From the human T2T-CHM13v2.0 reference genome, Homo sapiens: a stretch of 64,000 bases of DNA. A program made the translations under genes and the position numbers. This document shows, piece after piece, positions 12,536-24,785 of the stretch. The stretch lies in NCBI RefSeq assembly GCF_009914755.1, contig NC_060928.1; one strand, 5' to 3'. The notes below the pieces were generated by a model. It saw only the letters and a program-made list of their open reading frames with translations. It searched no databases and was not told where the DNA came from. The number at the start of each line of letters is the position of its first letter. Positions within the stretch are counted from its first letter, which is position 1.

Positions 12536-13884
12536 TGGTTTCTGTTTGCCTTACAACAGAAAATTGTAAATAGAAGATGAGAACTGCCATTGAAAGTAGA
12601 AGTAAAAACAGAATTTGTTCAGTTTTCCATACTCTACTGAATACATTTTGTAACAAAATTATGTTGATTCGACTTCTGCTTTGCCTACAGTAGCCCCAGT
12701 TTGGCCAGTACCCTGGCATAAGTAATTCTCAGTAATAATTATTGTTTAATAATGACTCTTTCACACTCAAAAGTGTCCTGATTTAGGTGATAGAATATGT
12801 AGTCATTAAGTATAAGGCTATCAAAGGGTCTCAATATGTCTGGAGAACATCACACGTGTTGCTATTGGAGAAAATTTACTCTTCCCACTACATCCCCAAG
12901 TGATCTTCATGTGGTCCTAAGGGTTGATAATCACTGTTGTAAATGGAGACATTAGGCAAAGTCATTAAATTACCTCCCCAAATCACAGTTATTTCATTAA
13001 AACCAAATAGACTCATTATTATTCTTGGCTTTATATTTCATTTCTAAATCCCTTTATGATCAAATATATAATATAGAATGGAAATACTTGGGTAAAAACT
13101 ATAATAACAAGAATGGGAAAATAATATCACAGTGTGGTTTATCCTAGTTAGAGGGGAACGGAAATGATTTAGTTAACTCCCATACGTATGTAGAGGCAGA
13201 AACTGAAATATTAATTATAAATATACTGTGTTGTAGAACGTGTTTATCACTGTCTTTTTAAAAATTCAATGTAAATGTAGCAATCTGGTTAATTTTATCA
13301 GTAAAAATACCCCAACTGGATTATAGTCTAAAATTTTGCAGAGGAAAAAAAAAAAAACCTTATAGATTACCTGTGTTTATTAAACTAAGTTGCTAAACAG
13401 GTGAATGCGTACAGCATCAATAAAACACAATGATTATTAAAACTGATAACAATTAAACATTAAGAATTATTGAAACAGATAGCACAAAGTAAATGTGTGG
13501 AAAAGATGTAAAATAACATGCAAATATCCAGATAATGTCATAGCACAGAGAAAAGTTGTGGTTTGATCATTAGCCAGAAGAGGGCACTATGTGACTGCCA
13601 GATGTTGATATGCTGTTATTTATTTTTCGTTTTTTTCACTTTTATAAGGGCATACTATATATGTATATTAATCCAGAAGGAATAGATCTATGGAGGTGGA
13701 AGGGAGTGGTTTACGGTCATGAATTATAACATCCAAAAACTATACACTGAAATATTTTAATGAAAATTTTTTATGTGAGTGTTTAAAGTATTCAGTGTTC
13801 ATTCCACCTGAGAATTTAACAAACTTACAATTTCATTGTACATATGGTTACTGTGTTTTTATTACAGCCAAGGCGGTATTATAG

Positions 13885-14010
13885 AGAAGGGTTATCTATT
13901 GTTAAAACCCGAAGGACCCTAAAAGTCCCCTGGTGAATTTCTTCATTCTACAGAAGATATAACTGAAGTTCAGAGATGTTATGTAATATGTCCGAGATGC
14001 CAGGACTGTT
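13885..14010 (-). mobile_element. MIR/MIR3 fragment
   Basis: cattctacagaagatataactgaagttcagagatgttatgtaa. Confidence 0.6.
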
Positions 14011-14404
14011 ATATCATCTGAGGCTCTTACTAGGTTGAGTTCTCCTCTAACCCTCTGGGATTAGCCCTTCTATATTCTCTATCCAGCTCACCTCATACCA
14101 GAGCATCATCACTCTGAGAACTGAGGTGGGGCTTACTGACCCAAGTCAAAACTTTCGGCACAACTGGCACCGCCAAAAGAAGTAGCAACTCACTCCTAAA
14201 TATTGAAGTTTAATACAATGAAATATAGGTATTTTCACTGTGACTAAACTTAAGAAATGTTTCTGGCAAAACACAAGTTTCTATTTTTCCAAATGAAATC
14301 TAAATACTCCCCAGTGAAAGGGGATGGGCACAAGAGAAGATAGCAAAACCCCACACCATTCTTCCTGTTAGCCCAAGTAATGTTGGTCTCAGATGACAAA
14401 ATGG

Positions 14405-14545
14405 TAGAATTATAGAACTAGAACATTAGCAATCAGTATGCCTAGCCCTCTTATTTATAAATGTTTTATAAATGAAGAATCTAAGGTCTTTGAAGGTTAA
14501 ATGATTAGCTCAAGGACACAAACCTGGCTAGCGCCAGAAGTGTTG
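14405..14545 (-). mobile_element. MIR fragment
   Basis: ttttataaatgaagaatctaaggtctttgaaggttaaatgattagctcaagg. Confidence 0.6.
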
Positions 14546-14559
14546 GATCACTTAAGGCC

Positions 14560-15134
14560 TGTGGAAGACAGAATTCTATCTACAGTGACCTTCTTCCCCA
14601 GCATTACTCCCATGATTATATTACCTTAGGAGGCAAAAGAGATTTTGCAGATGTAATTGATGTTACTAATCAGTGGAGATTATCCAAGTGGGTTTAACTT
14701 AAACGCATAAGCTCTTTGAAGGAGAATAATTTCCTCCAGCTGTGGACAGAAGAGGACATCAGAGATTTTCAAAGGGTGAGAAGGATTCCATGTGAGGAAT
14801 GTTCTCCATTGTTAAAAAGTCCATGTGGCGAGGGTAACAGACGACCTTTAGGGACTGGGAGCAGCCCTCAGCTGACAGCCAGCAAGAAAACACCTATAGC
14901 TGCAAATAATGGAATTCTGCCTTCAACCTCAATAAATTAAGTAGATTCTTTTCCAGAGTGTCAAGATTCCAGCCCTAGCTGGCACCATAATTGTGTGCTT
15001 GTGAGACCCTAACCAGGGAACCCAGTTGAGTCCTCATGGAATTTTGACCTACAGAACTGTGAGATAATAAATGGGTGTACTTTTAAGCTGCTTATTTTGA
15101 GTAATTTGGTACACAGCAGTAGAAAACTAATACT
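14560..15134 (+). mobile_element. MLT1D/E MaLR LTR
   Basis: tgtggaagacagaattcta...gattttgcagatgtaatt...gacctacagaactgtgagataataaat...gcagtagaaaactaatac. Confidence 0.85.
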
Positions 15135-15209
15135 AGGTCTAACTTGAAAACACAAAGCATTGGAGATTTTAAGATACAGGGACTTCAACATAAGAATTTT
15201 GTTCTATAG

Positions 15210-15640
15210 ATGATGGAAAAGCAGAGAAGCTGAGTGGAAGGTGGCAAGGCAACTCTGAGCAGCAGATGCAGGAAGAATTATAGAACTAGAACTAGCTTCA
15301 TCTACGCTCTGGTCAGAGGGAATCTTGAGATCATGGGAAGTGAATTTTACCAGAATACAGGAGCTGGAGTCACACAGCAGCAGAAGTTGGAAACACAAAA
15401 GCCTATCCATGGGCACTGAAACCACTGGGTGAGCTAGCAGCTGCCAGACACACAAGCTGAGATATTGGTGCACCTCTCTTCTTTTCACCTTCCAATCTTC
15501 TACTAGTGCCTCCTGCCATTGACCAGCCCCAGCTGAAAGCCAGCTGTTACAGGAGCCTAAGAAACACAACCTGCAGGAGTCAGCATCTTTTCACATAGAG
15601 GAAATCAGGGAAAGGACAAGGAATAGGTCATAAGGCAAAC
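15210..15640 (-). mobile_element. Old ERVL LTR (LTR33/LTR41-like)
   Basis: ttccaatcttctactagtgcctcc...ctgaaagccagctg...ggagcctaagaaa...ctgcaggagtcagc. Confidence 0.5.
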
Positions 15641-15674
15641 AGACCTTCAGAATCAACAAGAAGACAAGGGAGTC

Positions 15675-15855
15675 AGAGTTAGGCACTGCACTAGATAATT
15701 TCTTTGTGTTATCTCAGTTCATAGTTGGTATTAATAACTTATTTTTTTTTGTATTTCTATTTTACAGAATAGGAAATCAGGGCTTAGGGAGGTTAAGAAA
15801 TTTGCCCCAAATTATAATGTCTTAAATAATAGACCTGATTTTAAATGTAAGTTTA
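15675..15855 (-). mobile_element. MIR
   Basis: attttacagaataggaaatcagggcttagggaggttaagaaatttgccc. Confidence 0.75.
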
Positions 15856-15969
15856 TATAATAATCATAAGCCAACTTAAATGGGCTTACTACAAAGCTCT
15901 ACAAATCCTTACCAATTGAAGCAGTAGAAAACACCAAAAAAAAAAAAAAAGGTAAAATAAATTGCATGC

Positions 15970-16590
15970 TATCATGCCAAGGGTCAGGGTCCAGCGCAAG
16001 CTGAGGTCTGAGGGGAGTAGGCAGACTGGTGGCAGGTAGCTCAAAGAACACCTGGGGCCCGTAAGCAGGTGAAATGTGGCTTTATTATGCTGTATCTCTC
16101 CATCAGTCTGTCTTGGCTGCCCGCTCCGGCTGCAGCCCCTCTCAGCAGCTGGCTCCGTGGCTCCTGCCACCCCCATGCCTGCAGCTGCACTCCCTGACAC
16201 ACACGCCATTTCTTGGCTCCCCTCTGTCTGCCTGCAAGGCAGTCAGCTCTCTCTCTCCGTCCACCTGCACAGCAGATGACTTTCTCTCTTTGTCCACCTG
16301 CAAGGTGGCCGGCTCTCTCTCTGTCTGCCTGCAAGGCGGCTAGCTCTCTAATGTGCACATGCACTCACAGTGTTAGCAGCTTTATTCTCTTTCCCTCCTC
16401 CTGCATGACAGAGGTGGCAGGGCAGTTATACTACTTACAGATAATAGTGGCTCAGAGACAAGCACTAGCTCACAGGAATGGTTACACAATAAGCAGTATT
16501 GTGCACCTGCACTCCAAACTTACTAAGTCATGTTGGACCAGATGTCTGCCTCAGCCTACTCTCAACTGTAGCACATCCATTTTCCTTACA
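15970..16590 (-). mobile_element. LTR18-like (ERVL) solo LTR with 5-bp TSD catgc
   Basis: Reverse complement starts tgtaaggaaaatggatgtgc; catgc at 15965-15969 and 16591-16595; internal ~30-bp tandem units at ~16220-16348. Confidence 0.85.
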
Positions 16591-16824
16591 CATGCCATTT
16601 TAAATATTTTACTTTATTAAAGAATTTTCTTTACTGAATATAAAATATATTTTAGACCCTTATTTTCAAATGTTCTACAGTTCAATTTCTTGGCCACCCC
16701 CTAGGGTTAAGTTTGTAATTTCTTCAGCCATAATATAAGAAGTTTCCTATTGTAAACACAGAATCAAATCTGCATGAAGCCTCACAAGATTAATTTCTAT
16801 ACATATTTCTAAAGTTATTTTCTG

Positions 16825-16964
16825 TGGAGTTGGGTGTGGTGGTTTGCACCTGTAATCCCGGGTATTTTGGAGGCTGACTGAGGCAGTAAGATGTTTTCAG
16901 CCCAAGATTTTGAGATCATCCTGGGCAATATATACAGACCCCATCTCAAATAAATAAATAAATA
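16825..16964 (+). mobile_element. FLAM (Alu left monomer) with 14-bp TSD
   Basis: Monomer plus (TAAA)n tail; aaagttattttctg at 16811-16824 and 16965-16978. Confidence 0.9.
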
Positions 16965-17459
16965 AAAGTTATTTTCTGAGATTTACATTTTGAACATCTA
17001 TGTTATAGTAATCTTAGTGTGTAAGAACTACTTGCTTTTTAAATGTTAATTTAAAATACAATAATAAAATATGCACTGATATAAACATGCTAAGAAAAAT
17101 ATATGTGCATATTAGAACAATGGTAAGTTGAGTACAAAAACATTGACTAGGGTATGGAAAACGTTGGAACTTCTATTCATATTTAATTTTTCCTAAAATG
17201 AGGAATAAATTAATGTTTTCTACTCTTTGACATATGGATCAATGCTGATACCTTCATCAGATCTGCAGTTCAGATCCTCAGAGATGTGTGACATCCCTAA
17301 TACATCCTAATACCCCTAATGCATCCTAATGCATCCAGGGCATCCTGGTCTAATGAAGGCACCATTCTTTCTTTTGGTCTTTTGTAGGCTCTTGCTAAGT
17401 ATTAAAGTCTTTGCCCTCCCAGTTAAATGTATTTATAGATAATATAATATTATGCAAAT

Positions 17460-17575
17460 TGTACTCACATTTACTGAATAATATCTAAGTGCTAAGCACG
17501 ATTATAGGCGCAGGGAAAATAGCAAAGATCAAAATAGATAAAATCTCTAGTCTCAAGTAACGTATTTTCTAATAT
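17460..17575 (-). mobile_element. L2 3' end fragment
   Basis: catttactgaat...gtgctaagcac...aaaatagataaaatctctagtctcaag. Confidence 0.6.
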
Positions 17576-18568
17576 AGGCTACTAACATTTACCATGGTAG
17601 GCAAGATAAAAAAAAATTAATTAAACATAAATACGGATGTTCATTTTTTAAATTTAGGCACTATAATTCACCCTGCTGAAAAAAGCCTTAAGCAGAGTTG
17701 CAAAAGAAGAGCTATTTTCATAATTTTCATACACTTCTCCTTGGGCAAATTTTCTTCTCTCATTTGCTGCAATCCCCACTCAAGGGATGCTTGTGCGCCT
17801 GATCCTAGGGGCTGCCAAGGGCACTCATCATGTCACTCCATTCTCCGTCTCTTTCCTTGGCGGTACCAAATGCTCATTTTGATTCTTGATTCTTTCCTGG
17901 TTTTAAAATATACCTCTCCTATTCTCTTAAGACAATTCTACATAACTCCCTAATTTAACACATTGTTTTGATCAGGATGTTGTAAAATAAAAACAAGTTA
18001 ATAATGAATTACTAAGGAGCATAGAATAACCATTCTATTAAATAAATGTACCTGAAAATTTTTGATGCATATTAGAATATAATACTAAAATCTACTTATA
18101 CTTATTCACAATTTATAGCCTTTTCTATGAACAACAAATCTGTCCTAGCATTCTCAAGGTAATCAATCTCTTGGAAACCAAAGACAAGAAACAGATTGAA
18201 TAAGCAAAAGTAGGTCATCACTATTTGTGACAGACTTACCCACGAAGAGCTGCTCTTGAATGGAGATCAGGGATGTGCTTCCGTCATTGCAACAGGCAAT
18301 AGTCAATGTTATACAAAACACTAACATCAAAACAAGGCTAAGGTAAAAATAATGGCTTTTCATATTGCAACACAGTGCGGGAAAGTTGTTTTAGCAGAAA
18401 TCTGTATACTAAATGTTCATGCAGGATTTAATCTTGCCAGTATAAAAGGTCCGAATGCCTTTTACATATAGACCCTTAGGACAGATCCCCATGAGGCTTT
18501 ATCTGTTTCCTCTGCTCCACCTCACTATGTAATTATCTCCCTCATTGTCATCCCTGCTTCCCCCAACA

Positions 18569-18571
<3 letters not shown>

Positions 18572-18615
<44 letters not shown>
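18572..18615. repeat. (CA)n microsatellite
   Basis: Directly visible. Confidence 0.97.
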
Positions 18616-18617
<2 letters not shown>

Positions 18618-21309
18618 TGACCACTGTCCAACAAAAGAAAGACAGAAATGACTAATTAACACCCAAACCAAGTATAAACCTATCAGGAAGAAGCAAAGTG
18701 ATTAAAAGGATGGGGAGCTGCAGAAGACAATCTATAGTGGAAGTGACTGCTGATTGTTAGTGGGTAGCCATGGAGGTGCTCCAAGCATTTAAAACTGAAA
18801 CCATATACATTTTGGATAGACTTTAATGAAATAATAATAAAAAAACACTCCCATATTTCTACCCCTTTGTAGACACAAAAGCAAAGTAACAGTCTGTTAT
18901 TTCAGTTTCCCTGGCTAACTTGATCATATGATCATGAACTTTTATTCTCTCCTTTCCTCAACAGGCGCAAAAATGCTATTAATAGAATAATATGGGACAG
19001 AAAAGTGGATGCTACTATCCAAAATGTTTGAATATAGTTTGTATCTATATCTAATAAAAATATTCATTATTCTAAAAGAAATAATACTTCACCATACCAT
19101 CTTAATAGTTAACAGAATGGTGCCAATGAGAAAAAAAATGTACTTAGCACAAATTATAATTTAGTTAGAAAATGCTTTCAAGTAAAGAATTGCACAGTAT
19201 GCATAGTAATGATTTCACAGCTAGACCTATTTTGTGAGAACAACATTTGAGATAAATACTTTAACCAGAGTATCAGAATTATGTTACGCTGGAAGTTTAC
19301 TTTGTTGGTTTCCTTCCAAAGCCCCCACATGAGATGTCACCTGTGCAGGGTGTTTTGGAAGTTCAAGTTGTTTGGCAAGGATTGTTAAAACATTCTTAAA
19401 GAAAGATAAATTGCTTCTGGGAAAAACAAAAGTGATATTCCTGAGTGTGTCTAAGCAAATGAGGTTAGGATGCTACCCTTTTGGACACAAAGCAGATCAC
19501 TTGAAATATCCTGTCTATAAATCCATCGAACTCCTGCATTGTTTGTTATCCCAGACACTAAAAGCTAAGATATTTTTATATTTCTGAGGAGAGGCAGAAT
19601 TCTGGGGATGACAATTGTAAACCATGAAAACTGTATTAGGCAAATTATTGAATTATAAAAATTGAGAAAGAAAACATAGGTCCTAAAGGGTTTCCAGGAC
19701 ATTTCTCTTAATAAAGTGTGTGAGTTGAAAGTAAAGAGTGTTTCCATTTTAGTGCATGAGTGTTAACTGGTTTTAGAGCAAGTCTTTGAAAGAGTGGAAT
19801 GTGCTGAAGATACCTGTGCCAAGTTCTTCATCATCCATTCTGGTAGTGGGCTTTAAGATTTTCAGTTAAGTAATGGAGTTTAACAAAAGTGTGCACAATG
19901 AAGAAGGGAACATGGAAATTTATCAGGAAAACCAGTGTACTTCATATCAGTATTTGTGAAGAAGCATTAGCTGCCAGAATCTGTAAATCAAAATCAGAGA
20001 CAAAATGTTTTCTTAATGTTCTCACCAAATGCAATTAACTCCACTTGAGTGGAAGAGAAGCTGAGAAGACAGAAAATGTTTGAGGCCAAATAGGTTGACA
20101 GGAGAAGTGACTAGCACCAAGTATGTGTGTTAGTGAGTGAGTGCAGACAAATCAATGGGACTCCAGAAACCCGACAAGAGGAAGGACTCAGTCTAAATTC
20201 CAGGCAGAGATTGCCCAGCTCTTCTTAATAATATATGCACACTCATGTAATCTCTAAGTGCACATTCCCAGATCATAACTCCTTTGAGTTGGGAAATATA
20301 AGGAATGCTTAGAGCAATCTTTAAAAGGGCTCACGGCCCTCACTTGGTGACAGGTGGATCTTGCTGATTACTGAGTTTAGTGTCACATCTCACATCTCTG
20401 TAAGCTCATACTACCTGCACCCCACCTTCAAGTTTCCTTCCATATGAATTGTTCAAAGGTGCTGATTCAGATAAAGGAAGATCCTTATAAATTTGTGTGG
20501 ACACACCCAGACACTTGAAATTTTTTTGTGATTATCAGTCTGTCTCACCAATATTTCCTGAAAGACGTACTATGGTTTAGCCTCTGTGGCTTGAATACAA
20601 AGATAAAAGTTTAAGAATTGATTGTGGTTAGCCTAGAATTTCCAGAGAAGGTTTTGAGGGTGGCTGAATGAATGCTGAATACTTCTGTGTGGGTGTGGCC
20701 TTGAAAATATTATTAAAGTAGATCCAATACATATTCAGCACCAGTATCAGCTTGTTGTTAAGTATTTGCTTACTACTATCACAAGCAGGTTATAAGAATA
20801 ATTTAGCCACACTCCAAAAGTGTTCCAGAAATGCTAAGACATAGAATATCTAAATGCAAGAAAACAAAGGAAGGCCATTTACAACTCACAACAGCTTACA
20901 GTTTGTACCAATCCATACTCCCTAGGAGCCCAGGAAACTGAGTTTGAACAACTTTAACTTCAATGGTGCACCAGCTCCTGAGCTGTGAAAGAGTTCACTC
21001 TCCATGAGAGGACATGTCCTATGCAAGATGAGAGTACTGTCTAATAAGGCAAAACCTTTCATTCATACGGTAAGTTTCAGAGGATTTTCCACTAAGAGAT
21101 CAGTAATTTGAGTTTTTTTAAATAGATGTATACAGCAGCTAATTCTTCAAGTTCATGTTCTTGTTCATTCTTGATGGAGGAACCAAATCTAGAAATCCAG
21201 AGAAGGAGGGATAGTTGTGTTATATATTTCAAAATAAAAGAACCAATAAAGATCAAACTAATACAAATGGAAAGGCTATTCAGGGCACCCTAAGAGAAGA
21301 AAAACTAGT

Positions 21310-22425
21310 GGCTTATGTCTTACAGAAGTTCCTAATTTGCAAAGCCTCAGATGAGAATTCTCATTCAAATAATTTGCTAAGAAGTTGGTCTCAAGAGAGA
21401 GGGAGTTAGGAATGCAAATTCGAGTTAAAAAAAAAAAAAGCCAGGAAATAAAATGGTCTCATTGGCAGACTAGCTTTAGTCAGATTTGATAGGGAAGCTC
21501 TGAAACAGCTCTTGAGATTGTAATCTCATAATCATATTTTGAGGGAGTAGAGAGTTAAAAAGGGCATATACAGCTGGTAAAGGTGGCTCCTATTTAACCA
21601 AGGGCAATTCTCTGGAGAAGGGGGCACCTGTTCATTATTATCCCCCAAACCTCACATCACCCAGAGGATGTGTACACTAACTGGTACTAGGGAACTAGGC
21701 AGAGCACCAGTTGCATCCACTATAGTCCACTCTTCATCTACATGCTTCTCTCATTAAGTTCAGTCCATCCAGACACAGCTTCTCCAGGATTCTGATCAGT
21801 CACAGTTCTTAGGGAAACTTTTAAGAGGCAAGTTAGTAGGTTTTACTATAGTTTTTTATCTTTTAGTTGGTCCTAAGAGCATATCTGATATTCAACATCT
21901 CCCTCTTCCATGACACATTCTGGATTCCCTTCTGCTTTGGCTAGTACTTTTGCTGATCTATGTGACTTTTTGTTGGGTGAACCCAGACCTTCATAACTCA
22001 CCATGAGGCCCTGGTTTTCACATCCTTATCAGGCTGTGGTTGCTGAACTTACCTATTTACAGTTCGTACTGGACATATCAAGACATCCTAGTAGATCATT
22101 TTAATACTTAAAATATTTCTATTTATTGTCATTATTTAGTAGTAGCTCTACCTCCTACTGATGACTGGGTCTAATGTCATGCCAGTATGAAAACTCTTTT
22201 TTTTGGCTTACTTTTCTACTGGCATGAGAAGTCCAAAGTGATCAGGCAGAAGCAAAAACGTTAAGTTCAGTAAGACTCTTATTATGTCCCCGGGTAGAAG
22301 CATCCCTGCTCTGAGAATTGGGGCCTCTGGACCTACTGAATCTAAAAATATAAGAGTGAAGCACAATTTCTCCAAATGGATTATAGAGACCTTTGGTTGA
22401 TGGAACTATTCTTACTTTTGCCTCT
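21310..22425 (-). mobile_element. LTR16-like LTR (~21310-21725) plus adjacent ERVL internal relic
   Basis: agagcaccagttgcatccactatagtccac at the LTR/internal boundary; internal sequence resembles the reverse complement of the ERVL segments at ~10.2-10.6 kb and ~46.8-47.1 kb. Confidence 0.6.
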
Positions 22426-22560
22426 TGTATGAAGAATAGTCTTTAAAGTGGTCCCCTATGATCCCAGCCTATTACGTGTCTTTGTGTGATCTCCTCTCCT
22501 TGGGTGTGGTGGGATCTATGACTTGCTCCTAACCAATAAAATATAGCAAAGTGATGAAAT

Positions 22561-23013
22561 TTGTTTTTATTTCATAGGGCTGATGCAACAAATTACCACA
22601 AACTGTGTGGCTTAGAATAACAGAAATTTATTGTTTCACAGTTACGAAGGCTAGGAGTCTGAAGCCAGGATGTCAGCAGGGCCATGCTCCCTCTAAGACC
22701 TGTAGAAGAGAATCTCTCTTTGCCTCTTTCAGCTTCTGGTAGTTGCTGTTAATCTTTCACATTTCTTGTCTTGTAGCTACATCACTTCTCAATCTCTTCC
22801 TCCTTGTGCACATGGCCACCTTTTTTGTGTCTCTGTGAATTCATGTGGCCTTCTTATAAGGACACAAGTAATTGGATTTAGGAACACCTTCGCTTATCCA
22901 TTATGGCCTTATCTTAATTAATTGCATCTGCAAAGCACCTATTTCCAAATAAATTTATATTCTGAGGTTCTAGATGGACATGAATTTGGGGGGAGTGCTA
23001 TTAAACCCAGTAC
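22561..23013 (-). mobile_element. MLT1B/C LTR nested in MLT1E/F
   Basis: agggctg..caacaaattaccacaaactg...acaagtaattggatttagg...ttaaacccagtaca. Confidence 0.85.
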
Positions 23014-23237
23014 AGATGTCATTGCCATGATTACATTAAGGAGATATTCTTGATGTCTTGATGCTGTAAACAGCCACTTTTGGGAATGCCCAAATAGCAA
23101 GAAAGTGTGAGCAACCTCTAGAAACTCTGGAAGACTTCTAAAAGCTAAAGGCAGCCTCCAACTGATAGCCAGCAAGAAGCTGGAGCCTGAGTCTTAACAA
23201 CCATAAGGAAATAAATCCTGACAACAACTTGAGTGAG

Positions 23238-23673
23238 TGTTATGAGTTGAATTGTGTCCCTTGGAAAATATATCTGAAGTCTTAACCCCCTGTACCTCAG
23301 ACCATGATGTTATTTGGAAATAGGTCATTGCAGATGTAATTAGTTAAGATAATGTTCTACTAGAGTAGAGTGGGCTCTGAATCCAATATGACTAATGTCC
23401 TTGTAAAAAGAGACACAAAGGGAAAAGATGGCCATGTGATAACAGAAGCAGAAATTGAAGTAATGCATCTATAAGCCAAGAAATGCCAAAATTGTCATCA
23501 ACCATCAGACATTAGAAGAGATCAAGAAAGATTTTCTGCTATAGAGGAAACATAGCTCTGCTGATATCTTCATTTTAGACTTATAGTTTTAAGAGCTGTA
23601 TAAAACAATACATTTCTGTTGTTTCAAGCTACCTAGTTTGTGGTATTTTTATGGCATCCCTATAAAATAATAC
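23238..23673 (+). mobile_element. MLT1B/C LTR nested in MLT1E/F
   Basis: tgttatgagttgaattgtgtccc...tatttggaaataggtcattgcagatgtaattagttaagat...aaataataca. Confidence 0.85.
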
Positions 23674-24009
23674 AGAAAGCTTTGAAACAGATTCTTTCGC
23701 AATCAAACTTCCAGATGAAGACGTAACACAGCCAATACCTTGATTGAAGTCTTGTGAGACTTTAAGCAGAGAAAAGCTATGCTATGCTCAGAGTTTTGAC
23801 CACAAAAACTGTGTTGTTTGAAGCTGGTAAGTTTGTGGTATTGTTTGAAGTTGGTAAGTTTGTGGTAACTCATTACACAGAAATTTTGGACTTATATTTT
23901 CACAAGATCAAGACATAACATTGGGGAGATAAAATGGCTACTTTTTTAAATGTGGCAAATCTGTTGTAAGGTAGTGTAGATTCCCTGCTACATGTAGATG
24001 TTTTACTTC

Positions 24010-24133
24010 AATTTCTGACTCTGTCTTCACATGCAGGTCTTCTCCCTGTGTTTCTGTCTTCTTATATTAGTAATATTTGAATAAGAACCCACCCTACTCT
24101 GGTATAACATTATCTTAATTAATTTCATCTGCA
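24010..24133 (-). mobile_element. MLT1 fragment
   Basis: tcttcacatg...cccaccctactctggtataacattatcttaattaatttcatctgca. Confidence 0.6.
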
Positions 24134-24134
24134 T

Positions 24135-24740
24135 TCTGAAGGTTGAAATACCATTATCAAGGCATGTTATCTGCAGGCTGGTGCCTCCACTGTGTTTTCA
24201 AGAGGTTGGCAACTTCTAGATGGTGTGGTTTATGGTAGAACCAGTAGATCTCATGGGTCACCTTTGTTTTAAGGTGTTCTCATGGTCCACAACAATGTTT
24301 TACAGAATCTCTTCTTTGTAGATTAGATATTGGGAACACTTAGATACTGGTGCTGGATGAGAAACTGAGCAGGGAGTCAAATTCATATGCAGAATATGTT
24401 TCACACTCGGTCAGCTTAACCTTTCCAGAATAGAATAGATCTGATATAATCAACTTGCAAACAACTAACTGGTTGGTCTCCTTGGGTATGATACAGTTTG
24501 GGGGCATCAGTGTTGCTCTCTGTTTCTGGTGTATTGGACACTCAGCAGTAGTAGTACAAGAATCAACCCTGGTAAGACAGAACCCATGTTGTTGGGCCTG
24601 TGCATGGCATCTGTCCCTGCCTCCATGTTTCCCTATTTATGAACCCTTGTAAGCAGTACTGTGGCTCCTGACAGAGTCTGGCTGGCATTAATGGGCTGAA
24701 TCATCCTATCTACTTCAATCTTCCACAGTGACTACTAAAA
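24135..24740 (-). mobile_element. ERVL internal (gag/pol) relic, continuing the 21.3-22.4 kb element
   Basis: ggtagaaccagtagatctcatgggtca...ttgttgggcctgtgcatggcatctgtccctgcc (reverse of a WAHE..HGGRD-type integrase Zn-finger region). Confidence 0.6.
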
Positions 24741-24750
24741 TATAGGCTCA

Positions 24751-24785
24751 GTTTTGTTTGTTTGTTTGTTTGTTTGTTTGTTTTT
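24751..24785. repeat. (GTTT)n microsatellite
   Basis: Directly visible. Confidence 0.9.

Larger units (their letters stand above)
22427..23880 (+). mobile_element. MLT1E/F-like LTR split into three pieces (22427-22560, 23014-23237, 23674-23880)
   Basis: gtggtcccctatgatccc...gacttgctcctaaccaataaaatatagcaaag | gatgtcattgccatgattacatt | cttccagatgaag...gtaagtttgtggtaa. Confidence 0.75.

Noticed and set aside
15889-16620. Cluster of overlapping ORFs
   Set aside because: GC-rich LTR with tandem units and few stop codons; no coding signature
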